A program made the position numbers and the translations under genes. From Candidatus Saccharimonadota bacterium (GTDB lineage: Bacteria; Patescibacteriota; Saccharimonadia; Saccharimonadales; UBA4665): a stretch of 32,000 nucleotides of DNA. Positions 23,174 to 31,519 of this stretch are shown one piece after another (the first letter of the stretch is position 1; each line of letters starts with the position of its first letter). The notes beneath the pieces are model-generated. The model was not told where the DNA came from. It made no database searches and saw only the letters and a list, made by a program, of their open reading frames with translations. Location of the stretch: contig CP025011.1 in assembly GCA_002952755.1 (NCBI GenBank), forward strand, positions 1,410,001 through 1,442,000. Reading direction: 5' to 3'.

Positions 23174-26100
23174 GGCGCCCTAAAGTTGCGAAAATTGGGC
23201 ACTCGTTTCAGCAAGCCACTATCATTTTCGCCGCCCTAGTTGGAATCATTCTGCCTGCGACCGCACCTTTTCTCAAAACCAGCCATGCAGATGAGGTTGG
23301 AACGTCTTTTACTACTATAAATGGAGGCATATTCAAGGGTCCCGGCGGTGGAGTACCTATCGCTCATGCTATTGCATGTAAGGGGGGCATGATACCGGGA
23401 CAGACGCTTGCGGCCACTAGTATAGATACGTCACTCGGCCGAAATCCGGCTGGCGATTCTGGCAACACCTTCAATGATGTCTATAATTCTACCGGTATGT
23501 ATGCTGGCTTGCCCCGGCAGACAAACATCTTCGGATATCTGGGTCTTCCTGCTGCTGGCCGCGACCCTGGTGCCATACCCGAAGCAACAGCCACTGCATG
23601 GACATCATATATTTATGACCACTTTAACCAGCGAGTTACCACCCTAGGCCTTTTTCAAGGAGTAAATGGGCCTGGCCTGGACCCATGCGGATCAGGGCCA
23701 AACCGTCAATCAGATACGCCGCATCTTGTCATGATTCCAGTCGCTGACGATACTTGGGTCGCGTCGCAGTACAGCAATATTATTGCACAGGGAGGAGTTG
23801 GACAGCCAGCCCTGATTATCTTTCATCAAACCGGGCTGTCTCCTGCGGGTAACGCTGTTGGCTCCCTCTCATATTGGTACCCTGATTCCAGTAAAGGTAT
23901 AGGCATGGCCTACAAGGGGCTGGACACTCAGGGTAAGCCTATCAACGGCGGCCCTCAGCAGAACGTTATCGTTGAGGGCGTGTCCACCTCATCTAATCCT
24001 GTTGCTACAGGTAATGTCTCTAACGCTGAGTGGGTAGACGTGTCGACTATTAAAATACAGGTGAGCTACAATGGCGGCGCACCTATTACAGAAACGTACA
24101 TCAACCCTTCGTGGGATAATCATAGTTTCTATTTCCTGGCGAGCACTCCAAGCCCGACTCGTCAGGCCCTTATAGGCGCGGCCAAACAAGCCGATCCGTT
24201 CAGTAACGCCGCGCAAAACCAGGTACCTTTTATATGGATTCCGGACGCCGGCTTTACCGAACATAACGGCGAAGGTATTCTTAACTTATCCTACGATCGG
24301 CTCAGTCAGAGCCCGGGACTTGGTGACCTAAATCATAACATCGCCGGGTACACGTTTGCCAATCCGGCGTTTTATGATTACTCCCCCGGAAACCCGCCTG
24401 TGCCTGTTGGCCATGATGGAAAAAATCCGGCCCTTCCGGCAGGTCAGGTTATTACCAATAGCAGCCATCTTAATGGCGATATCTGGTTCTATGGCAGCAA
24501 AGCAAGCAATGCCTTTGTTACTGCTTGGACCAAAGGCAATGGCAACGAGCAGAACTATATTGGAGTCTACACCTTTGACAATGCATCAAAGTTTTACGTG
24601 CACAGTGCCAAAGACTGTTCTGCGCTTGGCCAGATTAATTTAGGCACAACTATTGATAATATTACGCCGAACACAGAATTTCCGATACCGAAGTGGACCC
24701 TAGAGCCGCCGGGCCAATCCTGTCAGCCCCCTGCATATGGCAGCATCACCAAAGCATATGCAATTATTGATGACCAAAAATTCACGGCTATCTCGGGCAT
24801 TATAGCCGGCGCTGCTGCCAATTCGAATGGAAATAACCAGCAGTTGATATGTGATATCGGATGGAATCCTCTCACATGGCTGATTTGCCCGATCGCCCAA
24901 GGCGCCATCTCTCTGGCTGGTACGTTCGATACTGCCATCAACGACATGCTCAATATAAGCGTCAATACCTATCTAGACGAAAGTAAGCCCGGATCGGCAG
25001 GGGCAGATTTTTATGCAGCCTGGAACAGTTTCCGCGTTATCTCCATGGCGCTCATTGTAATTGCTGGGTTGATAATGGTGATGTCGCAAGCGCTGGGTGC
25101 CGAACTACTGAATGCTTACACCATCAAAAAAATGCTGCCTCGATTGCTCATGGCCGTCGTGTTCATTGCTGCTTCATGGCAACTACTTAAAGCGGCGGTA
25201 ACTGCATCAGACGTGGTCGGCTACGGGACACGTTATCTTATCTACAAGCCATTTAGTACGGGGTTAGGTGCCGCCCACATTGGCGCAGGCACATCCGACG
25301 TTCTAGGAGTGTTAGGGGGTGCGGCTGTTGTTGGCCTAGGTATTTTTGGCATCTTGAGCTTTGCACTTACTGGTCTACTTGCGTCACTGGTTGGATTCGT
25401 GTTGCTTACGTTCCGGGAAATGGTCGTTTTATTTGCGATTGCAATATCTCCTGTCCCCATCGCACTCTCTATCTTGCCGAATACCCGTAAGGGCTGGAAG
25501 ATTTGGGGGGATACTCTGAGCGGCGCACTCCTGATGTTCCCGATTGTGGCTGGCTTTATCGCGATAGGCCATGTCTTTGCTCAAGTCGCCGCAAAAGTAA
25601 ATGCCGGCGTGATCGGCCAACTCATATTTATCATCGCCTACTTTGCACCATACTTCCTTATTCCTTTAGCCTTCCGTCTGGCTGGCGGCCTGGTAGCCAC
25701 AGTAGGTGGAGTAGTGAACGACCGCAGCAAGGGTGCCTTTGACCGTCTTAAGAATTATCGCTCCAACAAATTCAAAACCAACATGCAAAAGGTTGCTGAA
25801 GGACGGCGCTTTAACGAGCTTGGTCAATTCCAAAGTAATAACCTGCTTGCACGGACAGCTAACCGGGGTATTCGCGGGCTCAACCGGGGTATTAGTGGTT
25901 TTAATGATACAACTGAGGTCGCCGGTGCTTTCGGTGCAGCAGAAGCAAAATTCGGTTTCTTAACGAATCGGGGAATACGCCAAGCTGCCCTAAGCCAACA
26001 TCGTGACATGGTTGGCGCCAAATACGCTCAGACCGGACGGGCGCAGGCGACCAAGGAAGACGACCTACTGCACCAAGCACGAACGTTCGGCAGCGAAGAA

Positions 26101-27141
26101 GAAGCGCGTGCCGGCCTCGCTGCCCGCTTCCGAAATATGAATTACGACGTCAACACTGACGAAGGACGCCGCAACATGGAAGCAGCCCTTTCTGCCGCCC
26201 GGGCAGCAGGCGGATACAGCAGGGCATACCAACGCTACTCATTGCGTCGCCTTGCAGCTACAGGAACTGGCTATGGTGACGTGGGCGACATGCTGCGTGC
26301 AGTAAGTGACGTGGCCGGAGATAATCGCGCCGAAGCTTCTGCCTTGCTCGGCGAATTAAATGCTGTTTCTGGCAATGTAGGCCGTCACGACCTCAAGCTT
26401 GGGTACGGTACTCAAATGCGCTTGTACGACCGGCTTCAGGCAGCCGGCCACCTGACCGAGGAAGAAGTTGACGATGCGGTGTATACAGCCGATAAAGACC
26501 TCGATAGCGTCAGCCGTATTCGCGACAAAAAGGTCTCCGTCGAAAACCTGAGCAAATCAACGGCACGGGTGTTTAGGCGCCTGGAGGTTCAGCGCGATAC
26601 TGCCACTGACCCTGTTGTCATACAACAAGCTCGCGACGAACTGGATCGAGCAACGGGCCTTATCAACAAGGCGGAATCAGCCTTTGCATATGGATCTACG
26701 ACGAATGTACAGGCTACTAATGATAACGTCGGCCGTGCGACCAGCGGCGCAAATACCGGCCTGGTAGTCGAAAACGCCGCGTATAACCCCGCGCTTCCGC
26801 CCTCACCGACAAATCCGCAAACTATATACGTTCCCGCCACTGGCCGGCGACGTGTGCAAATGGAGGCTAACCCTGTGGAAACAAAGATTAACCCAACAAC
26901 TGACCGACCTGAAATTACCTACGAGATCGCTCGCTATCCCGCAGGACATGCGTTGGCGGGGCAGGAAATTATCGACGAATTTGGTACTCCAACACTATAT
27001 AGAGATCCTGACACTGGCCGCCCCGTTCTCAGACAAAATCCAGCTACGAATGCTGTCACACAGCGTTCTGCGGAAAACCAACGTATCTACGGCGTAGGCA
27101 CGGGCACGGGCGACCCTCAAAACAACGGTCTTATAACCTAA
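23170..27141 (+). CDS. 1323-aa VirB6/TrbL-like polytopic membrane protein with large N-terminal ectodomain and C-terminal cytoplasmic domain
   Basis: AGGAGGG Shine-Dalgarno sequence. Signal peptide (IIFAALVGIILPATAPFLKTSHA/DE). A ~570-aa Gly/Asn/Pro-rich extracytoplasmic region. A cluster of ~6-7 TM helices at aa ~615-850 (nt ~25010-25720). A ~470-aa charged Arg/Ala/Asp-rich C-terminal region. The position and topology match the VirB6-type channel subunit of Gram-positive T4SSs (ConG/PrgH/TcpH class). Confidence 0.7.
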   Translation: MRRPKVAKIGHSFQQATIIFAALVGIILPATAPFLKTSHADEVGTSFTTINGGIFKGPGGGVPIAHAIACKGGMIPGQTLAATSIDTSLGRNPAGDSGNTFNDVYNSTGMYAGLPRQTNIFGYLGLPAAGRDPGAIPEATATAWTSYIYDHFNQRVTTLGLFQGVNGPGLDPCGSGPNRQSDTPHLVMIPVADDTWVASQYSNIIAQGGVGQPALIIFHQTGLSPAGNAVGSLSYWYPDSSKGIGMAYKGLDTQGKPINGGPQQNVIVEGVSTSSNPVATGNVSNAEWVDVSTIKIQVSYNGGAPITETYINPSWDNHSFYFLASTPSPTRQALIGAAKQADPFSNAAQNQVPFIWIPDAGFTEHNGEGILNLSYDRLSQSPGLGDLNHNIAGYTFANPAFYDYSPGNPPVPVGHDGKNPALPAGQVITNSSHLNGDIWFYGSKASNAFVTAWTKGNGNEQNYIGVYTFDNASKFYVHSAKDCSALGQINLGTTIDNITPNTEFPIPKWTLEPPGQSCQPPAYGSITKAYAIIDDQKFTAISGIIAGAAANSNGNNQQLICDIGWNPLTWLICPIAQGAISLAGTFDTAINDMLNISVNTYLDESKPGSAGADFYAAWNSFRVISMALIVIAGLIMVMSQALGAELLNAYTIKKMLPRLLMAVVFIAASWQLLKAAVTASDVVGYGTRYLIYKPFSTGLGAAHIGAGTSDVLGVLGGAAVVGLGIFGILSFALTGLLASLVGFVLLTFREMVVLFAIAISPVPIALSILPNTRKGWKIWGDTLSGALLMFPIVAGFIAIGHVFAQVAAKVNAGVIGQLIFIIAYFAPYFLIPLAFRLAGGLVATVGGVVNDRSKGAFDRLKNYRSNKFKTNMQKVAEGRRFNELGQFQSNNLLARTANRGIRGLNRGISGFNDTTEVAGAFGAAEAKFGFLTNRGIRQAALSQHRDMVGAKYAQTGRAQATKEDDLLHQARTFGSEEEARAGLAARFRNMNYDVNTDEGRRNMEAALSAARAAGGYSRAYQRYSLRRLAATGTGYGDVGDMLRAVSDVAGDNRAEASALLGELNAVSGNVGRHDLKLGYGTQMRLYDRLQAAGHLTEEEVDDAVYTADKDLDSVSRIRDKKVSVENLSKSTARVFRRLEVQRDTATDPVVIQQARDELDRATGLINKAESAFAYGSTTNVQATNDNVGRATSGANTGLVVENAAYNPALPPSPTNPQTIYVPATGRRRVQMEANPVETKINPTTDRPEITYEIARYPAGHALAGQEIIDEFGTPTLYRDPDTGRPVLRQNPATNAVTQRSAENQRIYGVGTGTGDPQNNGLIT

Positions 27142-27219
27142 TTTACGACCTTAAGATGGCAGAGATAACGCCGCTCATCTACCCATACTGGCTCATATAG
27201 TAATTACATAAGCACTATA

Positions 27220-27249
27220 TTGACATTATACCAATCATGTGTTTATAAT
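27220..27249 (+). promoter_or_regulatory. near-consensus sigma70 promoter inside the T4SS-like operon
   Basis: -35 TTGACA (27220-27225), 18-nt spacer, -10 TATAAT (27244-27249). An ATG at 27256 lies 6 nt after the -10 and opens a 14-codon mini-ORF (27256-27300) that overlaps the 27285 start codon out of frame. Confidence 0.6.
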
Positions 27250-27284
27250 TTAGATATGAAAAATTCACTCTTAGGCTGGTCGAC

Positions 27285-29162
27285 ATGGCTTTTCCAATAG
27301 CACTAGTAGGGGAATTTCCTGAACTGGCACATCGAAATCCGAATGTGATGATCGAGCCACGAGTGGCCGATGTACCCGGCAATCCATTGACCGTCCAAGA
27401 CCGAACCGCAAACATACATGCTGTCCACGACGAAATGAGCAACTTGCGCCGACAGCTTATAGATATGAATCGGGCTGAAGGAAATCTATTACCTGGCGGG
27501 AATGTCGGCAACTTAACAGCAGGCATAGACCCCCGCGGCCGAAGTAGCACGCGGGCGGCATATAGCGCTAACCTGCGACGAGATCGTCTTACGCGACAAC
27601 ACGAAGCCATAGACGACCGTTTACACTCGCTATCCGACACTCAAGAAAGGTTACGAGATCTCGTAAATACGGGAGGGAATCTCGATGACCATATACCCGG
27701 TATCGGGGACCGCATCGAAGCGGCACAAAACGTCGAAGACGCCTCCGAGCGCATGGTTGACGGCGCCGAAGCCGCAGAGCAGCGTGCACGAGCTGTCGAA
27801 AACTACCGCTACCACACTATGGAAGCACGCATGGCTTTTGAAGCGGCACACCCAGAACCGCATGCAGATGCCGACCGGCAACTAGTGCTCCGGCTCAGAA
27901 TGAACAGCCTCATTGGCTGCGCGATTAACGCGTCACTTGGTGACCCTAATGAGCAGCGACTAGGTGGCCGTGGCAATAGGGAAGCAGCCCTGGGGCGAGA
28001 AGAGCACTCGAGACAACTTGCATATGCTATTGCCGCGCGTGACGAGTTGGAAGGTTTATCGTTTTTGACCAGCGATACATTCGAGCCGCTCATTACGAGG
28101 CACATAATTGCAAGACAGCGTTCAGCCAACCTTGGTTTTGAGGTTGATATACGATTAAGCAAAACTCGTATTGGCGATGAGCTTGAGCAAAATGACGTCA
28201 ATGTCGTAAACCATACACAAGATCTCCGTATGGAAACTATTGAGGGGATGCAAATCCATTCTACTGGTCGTGCCAACGAGCTGGCTGACGCCATTATTGC
28301 GGACTACCGTAACGAAGAACGCCTTGCACACCGCCCTGATCAGAGCCTCAACACGTACGACAGAGTCTACACTCGGGATGGCGGCATACTAACTCATCAT
28401 GGCGTAGTCAGGTATGATGACGGAAGTCAGGCCCGATACAATGGTACGAACTGGGTAAGGAGAAACTCTGACGGTAATGTATGGACCGGGCGGCCGACAG
28501 CAAACTTCAACGTGCCGGGCTTTTATACTGACGGATCTTTGGATACCTTACCGCTCAACGATTTCTATGATAGAGTGCTCGAGAGGCGGGATCGGGCTGA
28601 AGAAGTCCGAGGTCCGAACGCAACTCGCGAGGCCTATTTTATGGACCGGGCTTTTACTGAAAGATGTACGGCTGAGATTGCAAACATAAACACTCTCACC
28701 GACCAACTTCGCGGTCAAGTCACTGACTTAGACACTTACAGGACTGAGTGGCAAAATGAAATGGCACAAATTCAAGGACGCTACGCTCCCGGTACCCCGC
28801 CAGCTAACTATGCGCAAGCCGACTGGAGTCGTTGGAGCAAGCTACATGACGCTATTACGCTTAATCAAGCCAACACCAATCTACTCCATCAGCAAATCCA
28901 TGATGCTGAAGCACCTATAGGTGACATCCGGATCGCTGAGAACGTCACACGCTACTGGATGGCACGTTACGAAGTAAACTATCGTAATCCAAGGGACACA
29001 TCGAACAATCGCACGATGAGTCGTCGCGGCCACGTATTTCTAGATAATGTCACTATAAACGGTGTCCATGGTAACTGGGAGATAGCCATTGGCGGTAGTG
29101 GATATCATACCGACCCTAACACCGGTGTAGCCACTTATTACCATCCGGATGGCACCGTTTAG
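27285..29162 (+). CDS. hypothetical 625-aa soluble protein (orphan; candidate secreted substrate or accessory factor)
   Basis: Long ORF with no TM segment or signal peptide, no Shine-Dalgarno sequence, and no motif I can recognise. Arg/Asp/Glu/Ala-rich helical N-terminal half and an Asn/Gly/Tyr/Thr-rich C-terminal half. The start codon is uncertain. Confidence 0.6.
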   Translation: MAFPIALVGEFPELAHRNPNVMIEPRVADVPGNPLTVQDRTANIHAVHDEMSNLRRQLIDMNRAEGNLLPGGNVGNLTAGIDPRGRSSTRAAYSANLRRDRLTRQHEAIDDRLHSLSDTQERLRDLVNTGGNLDDHIPGIGDRIEAAQNVEDASERMVDGAEAAEQRARAVENYRYHTMEARMAFEAAHPEPHADADRQLVLRLRMNSLIGCAINASLGDPNEQRLGGRGNREAALGREEHSRQLAYAIAARDELEGLSFLTSDTFEPLITRHIIARQRSANLGFEVDIRLSKTRIGDELEQNDVNVVNHTQDLRMETIEGMQIHSTGRANELADAIIADYRNEERLAHRPDQSLNTYDRVYTRDGGILTHHGVVRYDDGSQARYNGTNWVRRNSDGNVWTGRPTANFNVPGFYTDGSLDTLPLNDFYDRVLERRDRAEEVRGPNATREAYFMDRAFTERCTAEIANINTLTDQLRGQVTDLDTYRTEWQNEMAQIQGRYAPGTPPANYAQADWSRWSKLHDAITLNQANTNLLHQQIHDAEAPIGDIRIAENVTRYWMARYEVNYRNPRDTSNNRTMSRRGHVFLDNVTINGVHGNWEIAIGGSGYHTDPNTGVATYYHPDGTV

Positions 29163-29227
29163 CTAAGCCTGTAGTCTTTTTAATAACACTACAAGCAGCC
29201 CTTACTCTCGCGTATACTATGTAAGTA

Positions 29228-30496
29228 ATGTCTACCTACAAGGTCATTCAGGATGTGGAGGCCGAGGACAAGCTCATTGGGCCGTTGTCGCTTCGGCAGT
29301 TTATCTATGCCGGCATTTCGGCTATCTGCTTGTATCTTTGCTATTTCTTAAGCACGCATCATGCGGCGTTCTTGACGATCGTCTTGATCCCGGTTGCTTT
29401 TATATCGGGCTTTTTTGCATTCCCTTGGGGGAGGGACCAGCCGACCGAACTCTGGGCGCTGGCCAAGATCCGCTTTTTTTTGAAACCCCGTCGCAGAGTC
29501 TGGGATCAGGATGGCGTCAAGGAACTGGTGACCATTACAGCGCCTAAGCATGTACAGGTTGATTACACCAACGGCCTTTCGCAAGACGAAGTGCACAGCC
29601 GGCTGCAGGCGCTGGCCGCCACCATTGATAGCCGTGGTTGGGCTATTAAGAATGCCAACCTCACTGTGTCTACCCAGCCAACGCTCGTCATGGGCGATCC
29701 GCAGTCCGACCGTCTGGTGAATCCCAGCTCCTTACCCCAACCTGTATCCGACGTGCAGATAAGCGCTGCCGACGACATTCTGGACGAAAAGAACAATGCA
29801 GCAGCGTCACGTGTCGACAGTATGATTTCGGCCAGCTCAAAAGCGCACCGTGATAAACTACTGGAAGAGATGCGCAAAAAGGATGCGCCAACCCTGCCGC
29901 CGCCGCCAAAGTCCGCAGCTACAGCAGCGGCTCCACAGAAGCCAAACGACTACTGGTTCCTCAATCAGCCCGCCCAGCCTGCCGGTATTCCTAATAATAT
30001 GGTTACTTTTAACACCCAGGTTGTCACCCCGGCCACCCCCAGTACATCCGCGCCTATCTCCGATCCTGTCATAACTTCAGCGGTGACTCCTGTACAAAGT
30101 ACTACGAGCACTCCACCCCAGGACGAAGCGAGTATCGTCGCCGAACTCGATGCTAAAAAACAGGAATTACCGACAACCGCCTATTACAATCACTTGCACA
30201 CCATTCAACCGCTTTCTGCCCAGCAGCAGGCTAGTACACCTCCAGCGCAATCACCAGACATACCTACCGCTCAACCGGTAGCGCCACAGTACAAATACAA
30301 CGCCGTGACACCCACAACACCGAGCCCCGGTCCCGTTGCTCCGCCGGCCGCTGCAGCCGTAGCAGCGCCGGTGACACCCATTCAGCAGGCTGCTATACTA
30401 CAGCTATCCAGGAATGACGATCTGAATGTGGCCACCTTGGCCCGCGAAGCCGAACGATCGGCACCACAAGACGAAGTCGTCATTAAACTGCATTAA
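29228..30496 (+). CDS. PrgI/VirB3-like T4SS membrane protein with long Pro/Thr/Ala-rich C-terminal tail
   Basis: N-terminal YKVIQDVEAEDKLIGPLSLRQFIYAGISAICLYLCYFL followed by a second TM helix (FLTIVLIPVAFISGFFAF) and the motif WALAKIRFFLKPRRRVW, which is the PrgI-family pattern. Residues ~190-400 are low-complexity P/T/A/Q. Confidence 0.7.
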   Translation: MSTYKVIQDVEAEDKLIGPLSLRQFIYAGISAICLYLCYFLSTHHAAFLTIVLIPVAFISGFFAFPWGRDQPTELWALAKIRFFLKPRRRVWDQDGVKELVTITAPKHVQVDYTNGLSQDEVHSRLQALAATIDSRGWAIKNANLTVSTQPTLVMGDPQSDRLVNPSSLPQPVSDVQISAADDILDEKNNAAASRVDSMISASSKAHRDKLLEEMRKKDAPTLPPPPKSAATAAAPQKPNDYWFLNQPAQPAGIPNNMVTFNTQVVTPATPSTSAPISDPVITSAVTPVQSTTSTPPQDEASIVAELDAKKQELPTTAYYNHLHTIQPLSAQQQASTPPAQSPDIPTAQPVAPQYKYNAVTPTTPSPGPVAPPAAAAVAAPVTPIQQAAILQLSRNDDLNVATLAREAERSAPQDEVVIKLH

Positions 30497-30505
30497 AAGA
30501 GGGAT

Positions 30506-31519
30506 ATGAATCCGAACGCACCAAACCAACCATATTCAGGTGGACAAACTCAGCCGGGCATGCCTTATGTGTCGCAGCAAGCTGCCTCGATGGCACCCGC
30601 TGGGGGCCCGCAGAACGTAGCCGGTGCTCATCCTGTTATTGCCAGCGATCTCATGCACCAGGCAGCTGGCATGGCAGCGTCGGTCGGCGCTCCTGATGCT
30701 TCCGCTGCGCCACAACCAACAAATGTAGTCGCCGGCGGTCCCGCCGCAGCCACTGGGGCAGACGGCAAGCCTTTAGTAGCTACACCACACACCAATCCTA
30801 ACAGCACCCAAAATACGCTGCTAATTGCCGAGATCCGCGACGGTATTGTGATCATGAACGACGGCTCATTCCGATCTGTTGTGATGGTCAAATCAGTCAA
30901 CTTCGACCTGATGAGTCCCCAGGAGCAGGAATCAGTAGAGTATTCGTATCAAGGATTCTTAAACTCGCTCTATTTCCCAATTCAAATCTTCATCCGCTCG
31001 CAAAAAGTGGACTTACAACCATACGTCGAGAAACTCGACAAAATCCGCACCGAGCATGACAACATGCTCCTTGCCATGCTCATGGAAGATTACATTACCT
31101 ATATCGACCAGTTGTCGCAGCAAACCAACATTATGGACAAAAAATTCTACATAGTTATTCCGTACTTTCCGCATGTTGATGTCCAAAAAGCACTCACTCA
31201 AAGCAAGAACTTTTTTACCGGCTTTTTGAACCTATTTAATACCAAAGAACAGCACGTAGTAGTGAATGAAGCCGATCTCGAAAAGGCCAAAACCGAGCTT
31301 CGTAACCGCGTCCAGGCCGTCCTCCAAGGTGCGTTACAATGTGGTATTCAAGGCTTGCCGCTCGACACCCAGGAGCTTATCGAACTATTCTACGACACCT
31401 ATAACCCAGACACGGCTACCCGCCAACAACTAAAGAATTTTGGAAGTCTGACCGCCGATATTATCACTAAAGGGCAAGGGAATGCCCCTCAGGCACACTT
31501 ACAACGGGAGCTCAACTAA
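30506..31519 (+). CDS. T4SS-associated protein: disordered N-terminus plus VirB4 N-terminal-domain-like region, no ATPase motifs
   Basis: AGAGGGA Shine-Dalgarno sequence. The first ~100 aa are Ala/Pro/Gly/Gln-rich. The remainder (LLIAEIRDGIVIMNDGSFRSVVMVKSVNFDLMSPQEQESVEYSYQGFLNSLYFPIQIFIRSQKVDL...) follows the pattern seen at VirB4/TrbE/CagE N-termini. No Walker A motif. The stop codon overlaps the next ATG (TAATG). Confidence 0.55.
   Translation: MNPNAPNQPYSGGQTQPGMPYVSQQAASMAPAGGPQNVAGAHPVIASDLMHQAAGMAASVGAPDASAAPQPTNVVAGGPAAATGADGKPLVATPHTNPNSTQNTLLIAEIRDGIVIMNDGSFRSVVMVKSVNFDLMSPQEQESVEYSYQGFLNSLYFPIQIFIRSQKVDLQPYVEKLDKIRTEHDNMLLAMLMEDYITYIDQLSQQTNIMDKKFYIVIPYFPHVDVQKALTQSKNFFTGFLNLFNTKEQHVVVNEADLEKAKTELRNRVQAVLQGALQCGIQGLPLDTQELIELFYDTYNPDTATRQQLKNFGSLTADIITKGQGNAPQAHLQRELN

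Noticed and set aside
23989-26840. Multiple 60-95-aa ORFs on both strands inside 23170-27141
   Set aside because: They are nested within a single uninterrupted 1323-codon ORF that has coherent topology and a strong Shine-Dalgarno sequence. They are out-of-frame or antisense products.
27215-28294. Minus-strand ORFs 27215-27640, 27589-27789, 27651-27881 and 27809-28294
   Set aside because: They lie antisense to the 625-codon ORF. They are Arg/Ser/Cys-rich mirror frames, and the first one would also run across the consensus plus-strand promoter.
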